A stretch of 64,000 nucleotides of DNA from an uncultured delta proteobacterium (GCA_963803435.1 CAWDML010000010.1:32001-96000), one strand, 5' to 3'; shown: positions 22,423 to 32,178, counted from the stretch's first letter. Notes: generated by a model not told the origin, from the letters alone. Made by a program: numbers and translations.

Positions 22423-23217
22423 ATGCCTCGGGCGATCGTCGCGGTCGGTGTGGCTGTACTCTTCGGAGGTTGCGGCAAGGTTTCGTTCGGACCGCTCGGT
22501 GACGGGGGCGCGGACGTGGGTCCAGAGGACCTGGGGGTTCCGGACATGCCGGACGTCGGCATGCCCGACTACGGGCCACCTCCGGACGGGGGCGCCGATT
22601 GCAAGGCCGCCCCGCCGGCGCCGATGTATCCGGGGGCGTTCACGACCTGGCCCTTCGGCGAGCGCTCGCCCATCGAGAAGCGGGTCGTCTACACGAACCT
22701 CTTCTGGATGGACGCCAGCCGGACCGAGATGGGCTGTACCGCCCCCAACTGCCACGGGAACCGACCCGAGGAGAACGCGATGGCCGGGGCGCCGCTCTTT
22801 CCCGTCGACAGCACGCTCCTGAACTCGGACTACGACCGCGCGATCTCCGAGCTGTGGGACCGGATCAAGATGAGCAGCGACAACCCGCCGAGCGGCCCGC
22901 TCTTCGCGCACCTGAGAGACTACGGGACGCCCGACGCCAAGGCGAAGGAGTCGTGGACCGAGGGCAGCGTGGCCTTCGGTCCGAAGATCGAGTTCGTCCG
23001 CTCGATCCTCGACCGCGCGCAGCGTTGCGATCTCTACCAATGGATCGGGAGCTACAACGATCAGCTCTGCACCGCGACCTCATCGGGGACGCCGTCCATG
23101 GACGCCGGCGCCGGCAACCCGGACGACTGCTACTGCCCGACCGCGTTCGAGCCCGCCCGCGCCAGCCTTGGCGACACCACCGGGTTCTCGGATACCTGCC
23201 CGCTCCACATGAACTGA
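22423..23217 (+). CDS. Hypothetical Cys-containing lipoprotein with a CX4CH motif
   Basis: Lipobox LFGGC; D/G/P-rich linker; GCTAPNCHG. Confidence 0.7.
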   Translation: MPRAIVAVGVAVLFGGCGKVSFGPLGDGGADVGPEDLGVPDMPDVGMPDYGPPPDGGADCKAAPPAPMYPGAFTTWPFGERSPIEKRVVYTNLFWMDASRTEMGCTAPNCHGNRPEENAMAGAPLFPVDSTLLNSDYDRAISELWDRIKMSSDNPPSGPLFAHLRDYGTPDAKAKESWTEGSVAFGPKIEFVRSILDRAQRCDLYQWIGSYNDQLCTATSSGTPSMDAGAGNPDDCYCPTAFEPARASLGDTTGFSDTCPLHMN

Positions 23218-23230
23218 GCGCAGGCGCGGA

Positions 23231-24232
23231 TCACTCCGCCTTGAGCGAGCGCCGCATCAGCTGTAGCACGACCTCGCGCGCCGACTTGTCCTCGTAGAGG
23301 ATCTTGTAGATCTCGTGGGTGATCGGCATCTCGACGCCCTCGCGGAGCGCCAGCTCGTGCGCGCTCTGCGCCGTCTTCACGCCCTCGGCGACCTGGCCCA
23401 GCTCCTCGATGATCTCCTTGAGCCGCTTGCCCTTGCCGAGCCCGATCCCCACGCGCCGATTCCTCGACAGATCGCCGGTGCAGGTCAGCACCAGATCGCC
23501 CATGCCTGCCAGCCCGGACAGCGTCAGTGGATCAGCGCCCATCTTCACCGCGCAGCGCGTGATCTCCGCCAGCCCGCGCGTGATCAGCGCGGCGCGCGTG
23601 TTCTGCCCCAACCCCAGCCCGTCCGCGCATCCGCAGGCGATCGCGATGACGTTCTTGAGCGAGCCGCCGAGCTCGAGGCCCACCACGTCCGTCGACACGT
23701 AGGCCCGCAGCCAGTCGCCGGACATCGCCTCCTGCGCCATCTTCGCCACCGCGTCGTCCGTCGAGCCGACGACCACGGCGGTGGGCTGATGCGCGGCGAC
23801 CTCCTTGGCGAACGAGGGCCCGGCGATGGCGCCGAAGGGGTGATCGGGCGTGATCTCCTGGAACACCTGGCTCATGAGCGCCAGGGTCCGGTTCTCGATC
23901 CCCTTCGAGGCACACAGGATCGGGATGCCGGCCGGCAGGTACGCCTTCGCCTCGCCCCAGACCGCGCGGGTGCTCTGCGAGGGGACCACCGAGACCACCA
24001 GGTCGGCGCCGTGGAGCGCCTCCTCGTACGAGCCGGTGGTGGCGAGGTTCTCGGGGAGCGTGAAGCCGGGGAGGTACTGCGCGTTCTCGTGCCCCTGGTT
24101 GAGCGCCTCGGCGTGCTCGGGCCGTCGCGCCCAGAGTGAGACGCCGTGTCCGACGTCCGCCATGCTCTTTGCGATCGCGGTGCCCCAGCTTCCGGCCCCG
24201 ATCACCGCGACCCTCATGCCTCGGTTGCTCAC
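23231..24232 (-). CDS. gpsA: NAD(P)H-dependent glycerol-3-phosphate dehydrogenase
   Basis: VIGAGSWGTA, ASKGIE, GPSFAKEV, GGSLKNVIAIA, GDLVLTC..DLSRNR. Confidence 0.97.
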   Translation of the reverse strand: MSNRGMRVAVIGAGSWGTAIAKSMADVGHGVSLWARRPEHAEALNQGHENAQYLPGFTLPENLATTGSYEEALHGADLVVSVVPSQSTRAVWGEAKAYLPAGIPILCASKGIENRTLALMSQVFQEITPDHPFGAIAGPSFAKEVAAHQPTAVVVGSTDDAVAKMAQEAMSGDWLRAYVSTDVVGLELGGSLKNVIAIACGCADGLGLGQNTRAALITRGLAEITRCAVKMGADPLTLSGLAGMGDLVLTCTGDLSRNRRVGIGLGKGKRLKEIIEELGQVAEGVKTAQSAHELALREGVEMPITHEIYKILYEDKSAREVVLQLMRRSLKAE

Positions 24233-24242
24233 GGGCGAGACG

Positions 24243-24938
24243 CTACCACGGCGCCTGCAACGCTTCGACGAGACTCTCCACGATCCGGTGGGACGCCAGG
24301 TGCAGCTTCACGGCGTCGATCGACGGCTCCGCGCCCAGGTGAGGGAGCGGGACAAAGACGGGCGCGTCCGCGTGAAACGGGGGCGGTTCGCCCGGCACGA
24401 CCGCGTTGAGGAGCACGCCCGCGACTTGGATCGAGCGGGCGCGGCAGGTGGCCACCAGCGCCGCCGCGTCGTCGGGTGCGTCGGTCCGTCCCACCACCAG
24501 CACCGGCGCGTTCAGATGCAGCGCCAGGTCGATCGTGTGCTTGCCGTCCACCAGCGGAGTGGTCGCGGTGTGGGGTCCCTCGACCACCACCAGTGTCCCG
24601 AACTCTGCCGCCGCCTCGATCGCCGCCTTCAGATCGTCGAGCGTGAGCTCGATCCCCGCCTTCGCCGCGACCTCCGCCGGCGCACCCGCCGCCGCGAAGC
24701 GATAGGGCGTGGTCACCAGCGGCGGCACCGGGCCGCTCGACGAAGCCCTGAGCCCCATGCCGTCGCGACCGATCAGGTCGTGATTGTCGCCGTACGTGCA
24801 ACCCGTCTCGATGGGCGCGATGCCGATCGAACGGTGACCGAGCGAGCGAACCCGCTCCAGTATTCCGCGCGCGATCAACGTCTTGCCGACGCCGCGGGCA
24901 GCCCCGAGGATGACGATGGTCCTGCCGTCGGCCGACAT
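24243..24938 (-). CDS. Dethiobiotin synthase (BioD)-like P-loop protein with degenerate active site
   Basis: GVGKT P-loop, PIETG, PYRF…AP, VVVEG, GVLLN; canonical TDT and KP residues replaced. Confidence 0.75.
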   Translation of the reverse strand: MSADGRTIVILGAARGVGKTLIARGILERVRSLGHRSIGIAPIETGCTYGDNHDLIGRDGMGLRASSSGPVPPLVTTPYRFAAAGAPAEVAAKAGIELTLDDLKAAIEAAAEFGTLVVVEGPHTATTPLVDGKHTIDLALHLNAPVLVVGRTDAPDDAAALVATCRARSIQVAGVLLNAVVPGEPPPFHADAPVFVPLPHLGAEPSIDAVKLHLASHRIVESLVEALQAPW

Positions 24939-25002
24939 CCGGTACCGACGATCCTTCCTCGGGAGCCGCAGGTCAAAACGTGATACGCAAAACTCGGCAG
25001 CG

Positions 25003-26157
25003 ATGGCGCTTCGAAACGTCCTCAGGCGCACCTTCGCGCGGGTGGGGAGCGCGCCGTTCATCGCCGGGAACCGGGTCGAGGTCCTCCTCGACGGCGGCCC
25101 CTTCTACCGCGGGTTGCTGGCGGCGATCGCAGGCGCCGAGCGCTACGTGTTCCTCGAGTCGTACATCGTCGCGGCCGACGGCACCGGCTGGCGCGTCGCC
25201 GAAGCGCTGGCCGAGCGGGCGCGCCACGGCGTCGAGGTAGCCTTCCTGATCGACGGCTACGGCTCGTTGATGCTCGATCCCGAGTACCTCACATTTCTCC
25301 GCGAGGCGGGCGTCAAGGTGCTGATCTTCCGCCCGGTGGTGCTCTTCGCGCGCCGGCTGCCGTTCTGGAGGCGCCGCAACCACCGCAAGCTGCTGGTGGT
25401 GGACGGCCGGATCGGTATCGTCGGCGGGATGAACATCTCGGACGACTACGCGGCCGTCGAGGACGGCGGGCGCGGGTGGCACGACTGCGCGGTGCGCGTG
25501 GAAGGCCCGGCGGTGGTGACCCTCGAGACCATGTTCCGCCGGCTGTGGAGCGAGTCGCGGGGCAGCGATCTCGAGTCGGTGTTCCGGGAGGGCCCCACGT
25601 TCCCCGAGGGGGACCAGGTTCGGTTCCTCGCCAACTTTGCGCGTCGCGATCGCTCCTTCATCCGGCGCGCCTACCTGCTGGCGTTTCTCGCGGCCGAGCG
25701 ATCGATCCGGATCATGAACGCGTACTTCATCCCGGATCGGGTGCTGCTGCGCTCCCTGATCCGGGCGGCGCGACGCGGCGTGAAGGTGGAGGTGATCGTC
25801 GCCGGAGCGACCGACGTCAAGTCGGCGCTGTACGCCACCCGCTCGCTCTACAGCAAGATGCTCAAGCAGGGCATCGAGCTGTACGAGTGGGAGGAGCGCG
25901 TGCTCCACGCGAAGATCGCGGTCGTCGACGGGACCTGGAGCACGATCGGATCGTCGAACCTCGACTACTTCAGCTCCTACCGGAACCTGGAGGTGAACGC
26001 AGGCTTGCTCGGCGATCGCATCGGTGGCCAGCTCGAGGATCAGTTCGACGTCGACCGCGCGCGCAGCCGGAAGATCGACTACGCCGCGTGGAAGAAGCGG
26101 CCGCTCTGGAGCAAGCTGGTCGAGTGGTTCTTCGGCCTCCTCCGTGCGCTCTTCTGA
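25003..26157 (+). CDS. Cardiolipin synthase-like phospholipase D (ClsB type)
   Basis: Two HKD motifs NHRKLLVVDG and LHAKIAVVDG; GGMNI; GSSNLD; no N-terminal TM. Confidence 0.9.
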   Translation: MALRNVLRRTFARVGSAPFIAGNRVEVLLDGGPFYRGLLAAIAGAERYVFLESYIVAADGTGWRVAEALAERARHGVEVAFLIDGYGSLMLDPEYLTFLREAGVKVLIFRPVVLFARRLPFWRRRNHRKLLVVDGRIGIVGGMNISDDYAAVEDGGRGWHDCAVRVEGPAVVTLETMFRRLWSESRGSDLESVFREGPTFPEGDQVRFLANFARRDRSFIRRAYLLAFLAAERSIRIMNAYFIPDRVLLRSLIRAARRGVKVEVIVAGATDVKSALYATRSLYSKMLKQGIELYEWEERVLHAKIAVVDGTWSTIGSSNLDYFSSYRNLEVNAGLLGDRIGGQLEDQFDVDRARSRKIDYAAWKKRPLWSKLVEWFFGLLRALF

Positions 26158-26245
26158 CGATCCGGACGATTTGTTCGAAATCCGGACGACGGGACCCGAG
26201 ACTGCACCCGGCGCGCGTGGCCCGTCGCTTGCTCTCTCGCTGCGC

Positions 26246-26533
26246 ATGATTCCCGACCTTCTCGCGGAGCACGCCGGCGACGCCGCCACCTGTGCCGCCA
26301 TCACCGATCTCTTGGCCTCGGACGCGTACCTGGCGCTGCCCCCGGCCTTCCGCCGTCTGATCGTGGCCTACCTCGGCGCGTCCCGGCGGCGCGCCCGCCG
26401 GATGGCCTGGTCGCTCCGCTCGCTCCTCGACGAGCCCGGGTTCATCGCGGGGAGCCCGGGCACCCGGGCGGCGTGGATCTACCTGTTCGGCGAGGAGGTG
26501 CTGGGCGACGACGCCACCGAGGGCGCCTCGTGA
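26246..26533 (+). CDS. Small hypothetical protein
   Basis: ATG-started frame with high GC3 filling the gap after cls. Confidence 0.5.
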   Translation: MIPDLLAEHAGDAATCAAITDLLASDAYLALPPAFRRLIVAYLGASRRRARRMAWSLRSLLDEPGFIAGSPGTRAAWIYLFGEEVLGDDATEGAS

Positions 26534-26569
26534 TCGCCGATCAACGGAATTCCGCCCTGGGCCCGCCCG

Positions 26570-27097
26570 TTGCCCGGTGTGGAGACGCCGGAATTGAGCA
26601 CGGATGCCCTCGTTCGACAGACCGCCCAACCCATCGGCCGCCCGAGGGAGTGGGCCCGTGACTTCTCGCTGATCGGCGGCGTCACCGGTGCGCTGGCACC
26701 GCTCCTCATCCAGGACCCGACCTACATCGCCGCCGCTGCCATCGCCGGGGCGGTCGCCGGCGCCGGGCTGGGCGCGTTCGTACCGAAGGTCCTCGCCCGC
26801 CTGGGTCACCTCAAGGTGCCGACGCTGATGTTCGGCGGCATGGCCGTCGGCGCGGTCTGGGGCGGCCTCGCGGGCGCCGTCGCCGGTCTCACCCTGCCGA
26901 ACCTCTTCTGGCTGAGCGTCTCGGTGGCCAGCATCGCCGGCGCGCTCCAGTTCGGATGGATCTGGCTCCCCTACCTGCTCCAAAAGATCAGCCGCAAGAA
27001 GACGTGGCCGCTGGTGGTGCTGGCGTTCGCCGCCGCGCCCCTGCTGGGCTGGGCCAGCGTCTGGGTGCTGCTGCTCCTCCAGTCGATCTTCGTCTGA
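26570..27097 (+). CDS. Hypothetical integral membrane protein
   Basis: About five Gly/Ala-rich hydrophobic segments. Confidence 0.72.
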   Translation: MPGVETPELSTDALVRQTAQPIGRPREWARDFSLIGGVTGALAPLLIQDPTYIAAAAIAGAVAGAGLGAFVPKVLARLGHLKVPTLMFGGMAVGAVWGGLAGAVAGLTLPNLFWLSVSVASIAGALQFGWIWLPYLLQKISRKKTWPLVVLAFAAAPLLGWASVWVLLLLQSIFV

Positions 27098-27107
27098 GGC
27101 CCAGCGC

Positions 27108-28067
27108 TCACGCGGTCTTCCGCCGCTCCCACCACGCCGCCACCTCTTCCCGGTACAACCCCGCCATCAGCGCGGCCAGGCCGTAGGGGTTGGCGAGCTG
27201 CGTCGACCAGCAGCGCTCCAGCTCGTAGATCATCGCCTCGGCGGTGTCGTGGCGCTCCTTCGGCCGGCGGGAGAGCGCCCGCATGATCACCGCCTCCAGC
27301 TCCTTGGAGAGGTGCGGGTTCAGGCGCCGCGGCCGGGCGATCCGGACCTCGGCGATCTGCTCCATGAGCTCCTGATCGGTGCCGCCGAAGAACAGGCGCG
27401 AGCTGGTGAGCATCTCGTAGAGCACGACGCCGACGGCGAACAGATCGGCGCGCAGGTCGATCTCCTCTCCGAGCACCATCTCGGGCGCGAGGTAGCCGAT
27501 CTTCCCCAGGACCACGTTGGGGTTGAAGTTGCCGTACGCCTGGATGTGCATGGCGCCCAGATCGCCCAGGATCACGCGGCCGTCGAAGGAGAGGAAGATG
27601 TTGCTCGGCGTGATGTCGCGGTGGACCAGGCCGAGCTCGCGCCCGGTGCGCGCCTTCGCGGTGTGCAGCGCCGACAGCCCCTCGAGCACCTCGCTGATCA
27701 CCAGGAGGCCGAAGTCCTGCGGGATGGGGATCCGGCGGCTCTTGGCCCGCGCCAGCAGCTCCTGGAGCGTGCCGCCCTCGATCAGCTCCATCGCGATGTA
27801 GTAGCGGTTGTCGATCTCGCCGGCGTCGTAGGTCCGGATCAGGTTCGGGTGGTCGAGCAGGAGCGAGAGATCGGCCTCGTTGATGAACAGCTCCAGGATC
27901 TGCTCGTCGCTGCGGCGGTGCTCCTTGAGCAGCTTGAGCGCACAGTCGTACTCGTGATCGTCGTGGCGCGCGCGGAAGACGTGGCACATGCCGCCTTCCC
28001 CGAGTCGCTCGACGATCCGGTACTTGCCGAACCTCGCGAGCGTCTTGCGCAGATCGCTCGTCGCCAT
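27108..28067 (-). CDS. Stand-alone Hanks-type Ser/Thr protein kinase
   Basis: LGEGGM, ALK, HRDITPSN, DLG (for DFG), GKIGYLAPE, DLFAVG. Confidence 0.93.
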   Translation of the reverse strand: MATSDLRKTLARFGKYRIVERLGEGGMCHVFRARHDDHEYDCALKLLKEHRRSDEQILELFINEADLSLLLDHPNLIRTYDAGEIDNRYYIAMELIEGGTLQELLARAKSRRIPIPQDFGLLVISEVLEGLSALHTAKARTGRELGLVHRDITPSNIFLSFDGRVILGDLGAMHIQAYGNFNPNVVLGKIGYLAPEMVLGEEIDLRADLFAVGVVLYEMLTSSRLFFGGTDQELMEQIAEVRIARPRRLNPHLSKELEAVIMRALSRRPKERHDTAEAMIYELERCWSTQLANPYGLAALMAGLYREEVAAWWERRKTA

Positions 28068-28081
28068 CCCGAGAGATTACC

Positions 28082-28993
28082 TCATCGCTTGATCGCGACG
28101 TAACAGGTCTCGTGGCCGAACACCGTGGTGCGGCCGGGGTCGAGCGTCATCCCCACCGCGTCGAGCCAGCGCCGCATGCGCGCGTGCGTCGGGTAAACCG
28201 GATCGGAGGGGCGGGTGAAGGCGCGTCCGAGCCACGGGTAGGCGAGCATCCCGGCGACGGTGACCAGCTCCCGCGCCCGCGCGCGGCCCGGCATGCGGGG
28301 GAGCCGCGACGCGGTGACCCGGAGGAAGCCGCCGAGATGGGAGAGGATCATGACGGCGGTACCGCCGGCGACCAGGATGCGCGACGTCTCGGCGAGCACC
28401 GCCTCGATCGGCATGTACTGGAGCGCGCCCAGGTTGAGCACCACGTCGTAGCGCGCGGCCTCGAGGCCGGTGGCGTCCGCGCCCGACTCCACGATGCGCG
28501 GCGGCGGGAACCCGGCGATCCCGGCGAGCACCGGGCTGAGCTGGACGTACACCGGCTCGAGCTCGACGCCGACCAGCTCCGCGGCGACGCCCGCCAGCGA
28601 GAGCAGGTTGCAGCCGAAGCCGCAGCCGAGCTCCGCGACGCGCCGGCCCCGGAACGTGCCCTCGTGCATCACCTCGAGGCGATCCGCCTCGTGGATCCTC
28701 CGTCCGCGCGCTTCCCACATGACGAACTCCCGGCAGGAGTCCCCGACCTTCAACCCGAGGTCGGTGGGGATCGGCGCGTTCGGCCTGCTCATCCAGCCGA
28801 GCTCGGAGGCGAGGGTCCGGACGGCGAGGCTCGCGTTCGGCCGCGCGTGCATCGAGAGATCGGCCATCAACCGGATCAGCGCGGCGCCGTCGGGGCCGGT
28901 GAGCGCCTCGCGCGCGGCCGACATCTCCGTCTCACTCAAGCGCCGGAGCTCGCCCCACACGCGTGGCGCTCTAGCCCGTTGATCTGCTCCCAT
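28082..28993 (-). CDS. Class I SAM-dependent methyltransferase
   Basis: VAELGCGFG, VGVE, YDVV, SRILVAGG. Confidence 0.85.
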   Translation of the reverse strand: MGADQRARAPRVWGELRRLSETEMSAAREALTGPDGAALIRLMADLSMHARPNASLAVRTLASELGWMSRPNAPIPTDLGLKVGDSCREFVMWEARGRRIHEADRLEVMHEGTFRGRRVAELGCGFGCNLLSLAGVAAELVGVELEPVYVQLSPVLAGIAGFPPPRIVESGADATGLEAARYDVVLNLGALQYMPIEAVLAETSRILVAGGTAVMILSHLGGFLRVTASRLPRMPGRARARELVTVAGMLAYPWLGRAFTRPSDPVYPTHARMRRWLDAVGMTLDPGRTTVFGHETCYVAIKR

Positions 28994-29028
28994 CAAGGGC
29001 GGGTTATGATAGAAGCCGGGATCTAGCT

Positions 29029-30021
29029 TTGACTCGTCAGCTCTTCGCCTACCACCCCACCATCGGGTATCGATTCATCCCGGGCATCCGCGCGCGTGTT
29101 CGCCACGAGAGCGGCGGCTACAACGTGAAGTGCAATCGCGCCGGCTTCCGCTGCGATCACGAGGTCACGCCCAAGCCTCCCCGCGGGACGTTTCGCATCC
29201 TGCTCTTCGGTGACTCGTTCACCGCCGGCGACGGTGTGAGCAACAAGCACCGCTTCGGCGACGTCCTGGAGCGCCGGATCGAGGGCGTCGAGGTGCTGAA
29301 CTTCGGCCTCCCGGGATTGGGGACCGACCAGCAATACCTCGCGTTCAAGGAGTACGCGAAGGATCTCGAGTACCACCTGCTCTTGATCTGTCCGTTCGTC
29401 GAGAACATCGAGCGCATCGTCGCGACGCACCGCAAGACCGTGAACTTCTCCGACGGCCAGGTGGTCGAGCGCGCCAAGCCGTACTTCACGCTCGAGCAGG
29501 GACAGCTGGTGCTCCACCACCAGCCCTGCCCGAAGGAGACGCGCCCCGCCGAGGCCGACGACTGGCGGGCCACCGACGACCCATTGAAGAAGAACGTCCG
29601 CAAGATCTACGACCGCTTCCCCGGCTTCTCCCGGGCGGTGAAGCGCATCCGCAACATCCGCTACCCGATGGCGTACGAGGACCCGCAGGATCCAGCCTGG
29701 CTCCTGATGAAGCGGATCCTCGAGCGCTGGATCGAGGAGGCCGACAGCGAGGTCCTGGTCTGTCCGCTCCCGCTCTTCGCGCACATCGACAAGGCGTTCT
29801 CGGCCGACGGCATCCGCGCCCGCTTCGCCGAGCTGGCCAAGAACGACAAGGTCGCCGTCGCGGACATCCTCCCCGAGTACTGGCGCATGACGCCGGAGGA
29901 GCGCCACGGGCTGATCTACCACGGCGACGAGCACCCCTCGAAGCGTGGTCACGAGGTGATCGCGGAGTCGCTCGAGCCCCACGTCAAGAGGTTCCACGAG
30001 CGATGGCGGAGGAGCGCATGA
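29029..30021 (+). CDS. SGNH/GDSL-fold hydrolase or acyltransferase without signal peptide
   Basis: Block I LFGDSFTAG, block II NFGLPG, block V GDEHPSKRGH; TTG start. Confidence 0.88.
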   Translation: MTRQLFAYHPTIGYRFIPGIRARVRHESGGYNVKCNRAGFRCDHEVTPKPPRGTFRILLFGDSFTAGDGVSNKHRFGDVLERRIEGVEVLNFGLPGLGTDQQYLAFKEYAKDLEYHLLLICPFVENIERIVATHRKTVNFSDGQVVERAKPYFTLEQGQLVLHHQPCPKETRPAEADDWRATDDPLKKNVRKIYDRFPGFSRAVKRIRNIRYPMAYEDPQDPAWLLMKRILERWIEEADSEVLVCPLPLFAHIDKAFSADGIRARFAELAKNDKVAVADILPEYWRMTPEERHGLIYHGDEHPSKRGHEVIAESLEPHVKRFHERWRRSA

Positions 30022-31853
30022 CCCGTCCCCTCTACGTGCTGGGTATCTCGGCCTTCTATCACGACTCCGCGGCCTGCGTGACCAGGGACGGCGTCATCGT
30101 GAGCGCCGCCCAGGAGGAGCGCTTCAGCCGCAAGAAGCACGATCCGCGCTTCCCGGTGAACGCGATCGCGAGCTGTCTCGGCGAGGCGGACATCGAGCCC
30201 GAGGATCTGTCGGCGGTCTGCTTCTACGACAACCCGGCGCTCTCGTTCGATCGCGTGATCCGGACCTTCGCGGCCTCGGGGCGCGGCGGCATGGAGAGCT
30301 TCGTCCGCGGCATTCCCGGCTGGCTGACCGGGAAGTTCTTCGTGGAACGGCTGGTGCGCGACGAGCTCCGCCTCCCCGCGGAGATCCCGGTGCTCTTCGA
30401 CGAGCACCACTTCTCCCACGCGGCCAGCACCTTCTTCCCCTCGCCCTTCGAGGAGGCGGCGATCCTCACCTGCGACGGCGTCGGCGAGTGGGCCACCACC
30501 ACGCTCGGCGTGGGCGAGGGCAGCGACCTCCGGATCCTGGAGGAGATCCGCTTCCCGCACTCGCTCGGGCTCCTCTACTCGGCCTTCACGTACTTCTGCG
30601 GGTTCAAGGTCAACTCCGGTGAGTACAAGTTGATGGGCCTCGCGCCCTACGGAAAGCCGCGCTACGCGGACCAGATCCGGGAGCACCTGATCGCGGTGAA
30701 GCCGGACGGCTCGTTCCGCCTCAACCTGAAGTACCTCGAGTACACGCGCTCGATGCGGCGCATGACGAACGAGGCCTTCCACGAGCTGTTCGACGGCCCG
30801 CCCCGCGAGCCGGAGAGCCGCATCACCCGCCGCGAGATGGACCTGGCCGCCTCGATCCAGCTGGTGACCGAAGAGGTGGTGTCCAAGCTCTGCGTCCACC
30901 TCCGCGCCCTCACCGACAAGCCGAACCTGTGCCTGGCCGGCGGCGTGGCGCTCAACTGCGTGGCCAACGGCAAGGTGCTGCGCGAGAAGACGTTCGATCG
31001 GATCTGGATCCAGCCGGCGGCCGGCGACGCCGGGGGCGCGATCGGCGCGGCGCTCCACGTCACGCACGCGTACTTCGGGCGCCCCCGCCCCAAGGCCCAC
31101 GGCAAGCGCGACGCGCAGCGCGGCAGCTACCTGGGCCCGCACTTCAGCAACGAGGAGGTGCGCGCCTACCTCGATCACCGGGAGTATCGCTATCACGAGG
31201 TGTCGGATCGGGAGCGCTCGCGGATCATCGCGAAGGAGCTGGCCGACGGGAAGATCGTGGGCTGGGCGGTGGGCCCGATGGAGTTCGGTCCCCGCGCGCT
31301 GGGGGCGCGCTCGATCCTCGGCGACGCCCGCAACGAGAAGACGCAGTCGGTGATGAACGTGAAGATCAAGTTCCGCGAGTCCTTCCGGCCGTTCGCGCCG
31401 TCGGTGCTCGAGGAGCGCTGCGCCGACTACTTCGAGATCGAGTCCGACAGCCCGTACATGCTCCTGGTCGCGCCGGTCCGCGCGGAGAAGCGGCTCCCGG
31501 TCGACGATCACGAGACGGACGACATGATCTCGATCGTCAACCAGAAGCGGAGCGTGCTCCCCGCGATCACGCACGTCGACTACAGCGCGCGCATCCAGAC
31601 GGTCAGTGAGACCAAGCCGGACTACTACGACCTCATCAAGGAGTTCGAGAAGCTCACCGGCGAGGGCGTCATCGTGAACACGTCCTTCAACGTCCGCGGC
31701 GAGCCAATCGTGTGCTCGCCTCGCGACGCCTACACGTGCTTCATGCGCACCAACATGGACACGCTGGTGCTCGAGAACTGCATCCTCTACAAGCCCGAGC
31801 AGCCGCACTTCGAGGACGCCGAGAACTGGCAGGAGACCTATGAGCTCGATTGA
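30018..31853 (+). CDS. O-carbamoyltransferase, NodU/CmcH/TobZ family (SxtI-like)
   Basis: LGISAFYHDSAA, HHFSHAAS, DGVGE, EYKLMGLAPYG, GGVALN, EFGPRALG, FRPFAP, NTSFN; ATGA overlap with the SGNH gene. Confidence 0.95.
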   Translation: MTRPLYVLGISAFYHDSAACVTRDGVIVSAAQEERFSRKKHDPRFPVNAIASCLGEADIEPEDLSAVCFYDNPALSFDRVIRTFAASGRGGMESFVRGIPGWLTGKFFVERLVRDELRLPAEIPVLFDEHHFSHAASTFFPSPFEEAAILTCDGVGEWATTTLGVGEGSDLRILEEIRFPHSLGLLYSAFTYFCGFKVNSGEYKLMGLAPYGKPRYADQIREHLIAVKPDGSFRLNLKYLEYTRSMRRMTNEAFHELFDGPPREPESRITRREMDLAASIQLVTEEVVSKLCVHLRALTDKPNLCLAGGVALNCVANGKVLREKTFDRIWIQPAAGDAGGAIGAALHVTHAYFGRPRPKAHGKRDAQRGSYLGPHFSNEEVRAYLDHREYRYHEVSDRERSRIIAKELADGKIVGWAVGPMEFGPRALGARSILGDARNEKTQSVMNVKIKFRESFRPFAPSVLEERCADYFEIESDSPYMLLVAPVRAEKRLPVDDHETDDMISIVNQKRSVLPAITHVDYSARIQTVSETKPDYYDLIKEFEKLTGEGVIVNTSFNVRGEPIVCSPRDAYTCFMRTNMDTLVLENCILYKPEQPHFEDAENWQETYELD

Positions 31854-32178
31854 CGACAAGCAGAAGAAGCTCCTGGTCGAGCTGTACGAGGAGCACATCC
31901 TCCCGCTGGCCGCGCATCCCGAGACCGCCAGCGTCGATCACCCGCCCAAGCCGGCCGGTGCCGACAGCTTCTTCGTGGTGCGCGCCCGCACCCGCCTCGA
32001 GAAGGAGGACTTCGAGGTCCGCCTGGGCGACGAGGAGCAGGTGGTGGCCACGCTCGAGCGCATGTGGGCCGGAACGCCGCTCGTCGAGCTCCCGCGGGCC
32101 CTGATGAAGCTGACCCGGCACTTCCAGAAGTCCGAGGAGAAGTCCGACGTCTCCGCATTCATCTACGAGATGTTCTGA
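31840..32178 (+). CDS. Small soluble protein ending in FIYEMF (DltX/SxtK-type C-terminal motif)
   Basis: Overlaps the carbamoyltransferase stop; AGGAG RBS; C-terminus SDVSAFIYEMF*. Confidence 0.8.
   Translation: MSSIDDKQKKLLVELYEEHILPLAAHPETASVDHPPKPAGADSFFVVRARTRLEKEDFEVRLGDEEQVVATLERMWAGTPLVELPRALMKLTRHFQKSEEKSDVSAFIYEMF

Noticed and set aside
27108-28067. Pseudokinase because of DLG in place of DFG
   Set aside because: Catalytic Lys, HRD, Asn and the Mg-binding Asp are all retained; DLG is a tolerated variant
29029-32178. Saxitoxin cluster (sxtI/K/L-like trio)
   Set aside because: No sxtA, sxtG or other core genes in the window; such carbamoyltransferase modules are widespread outside toxin clusters
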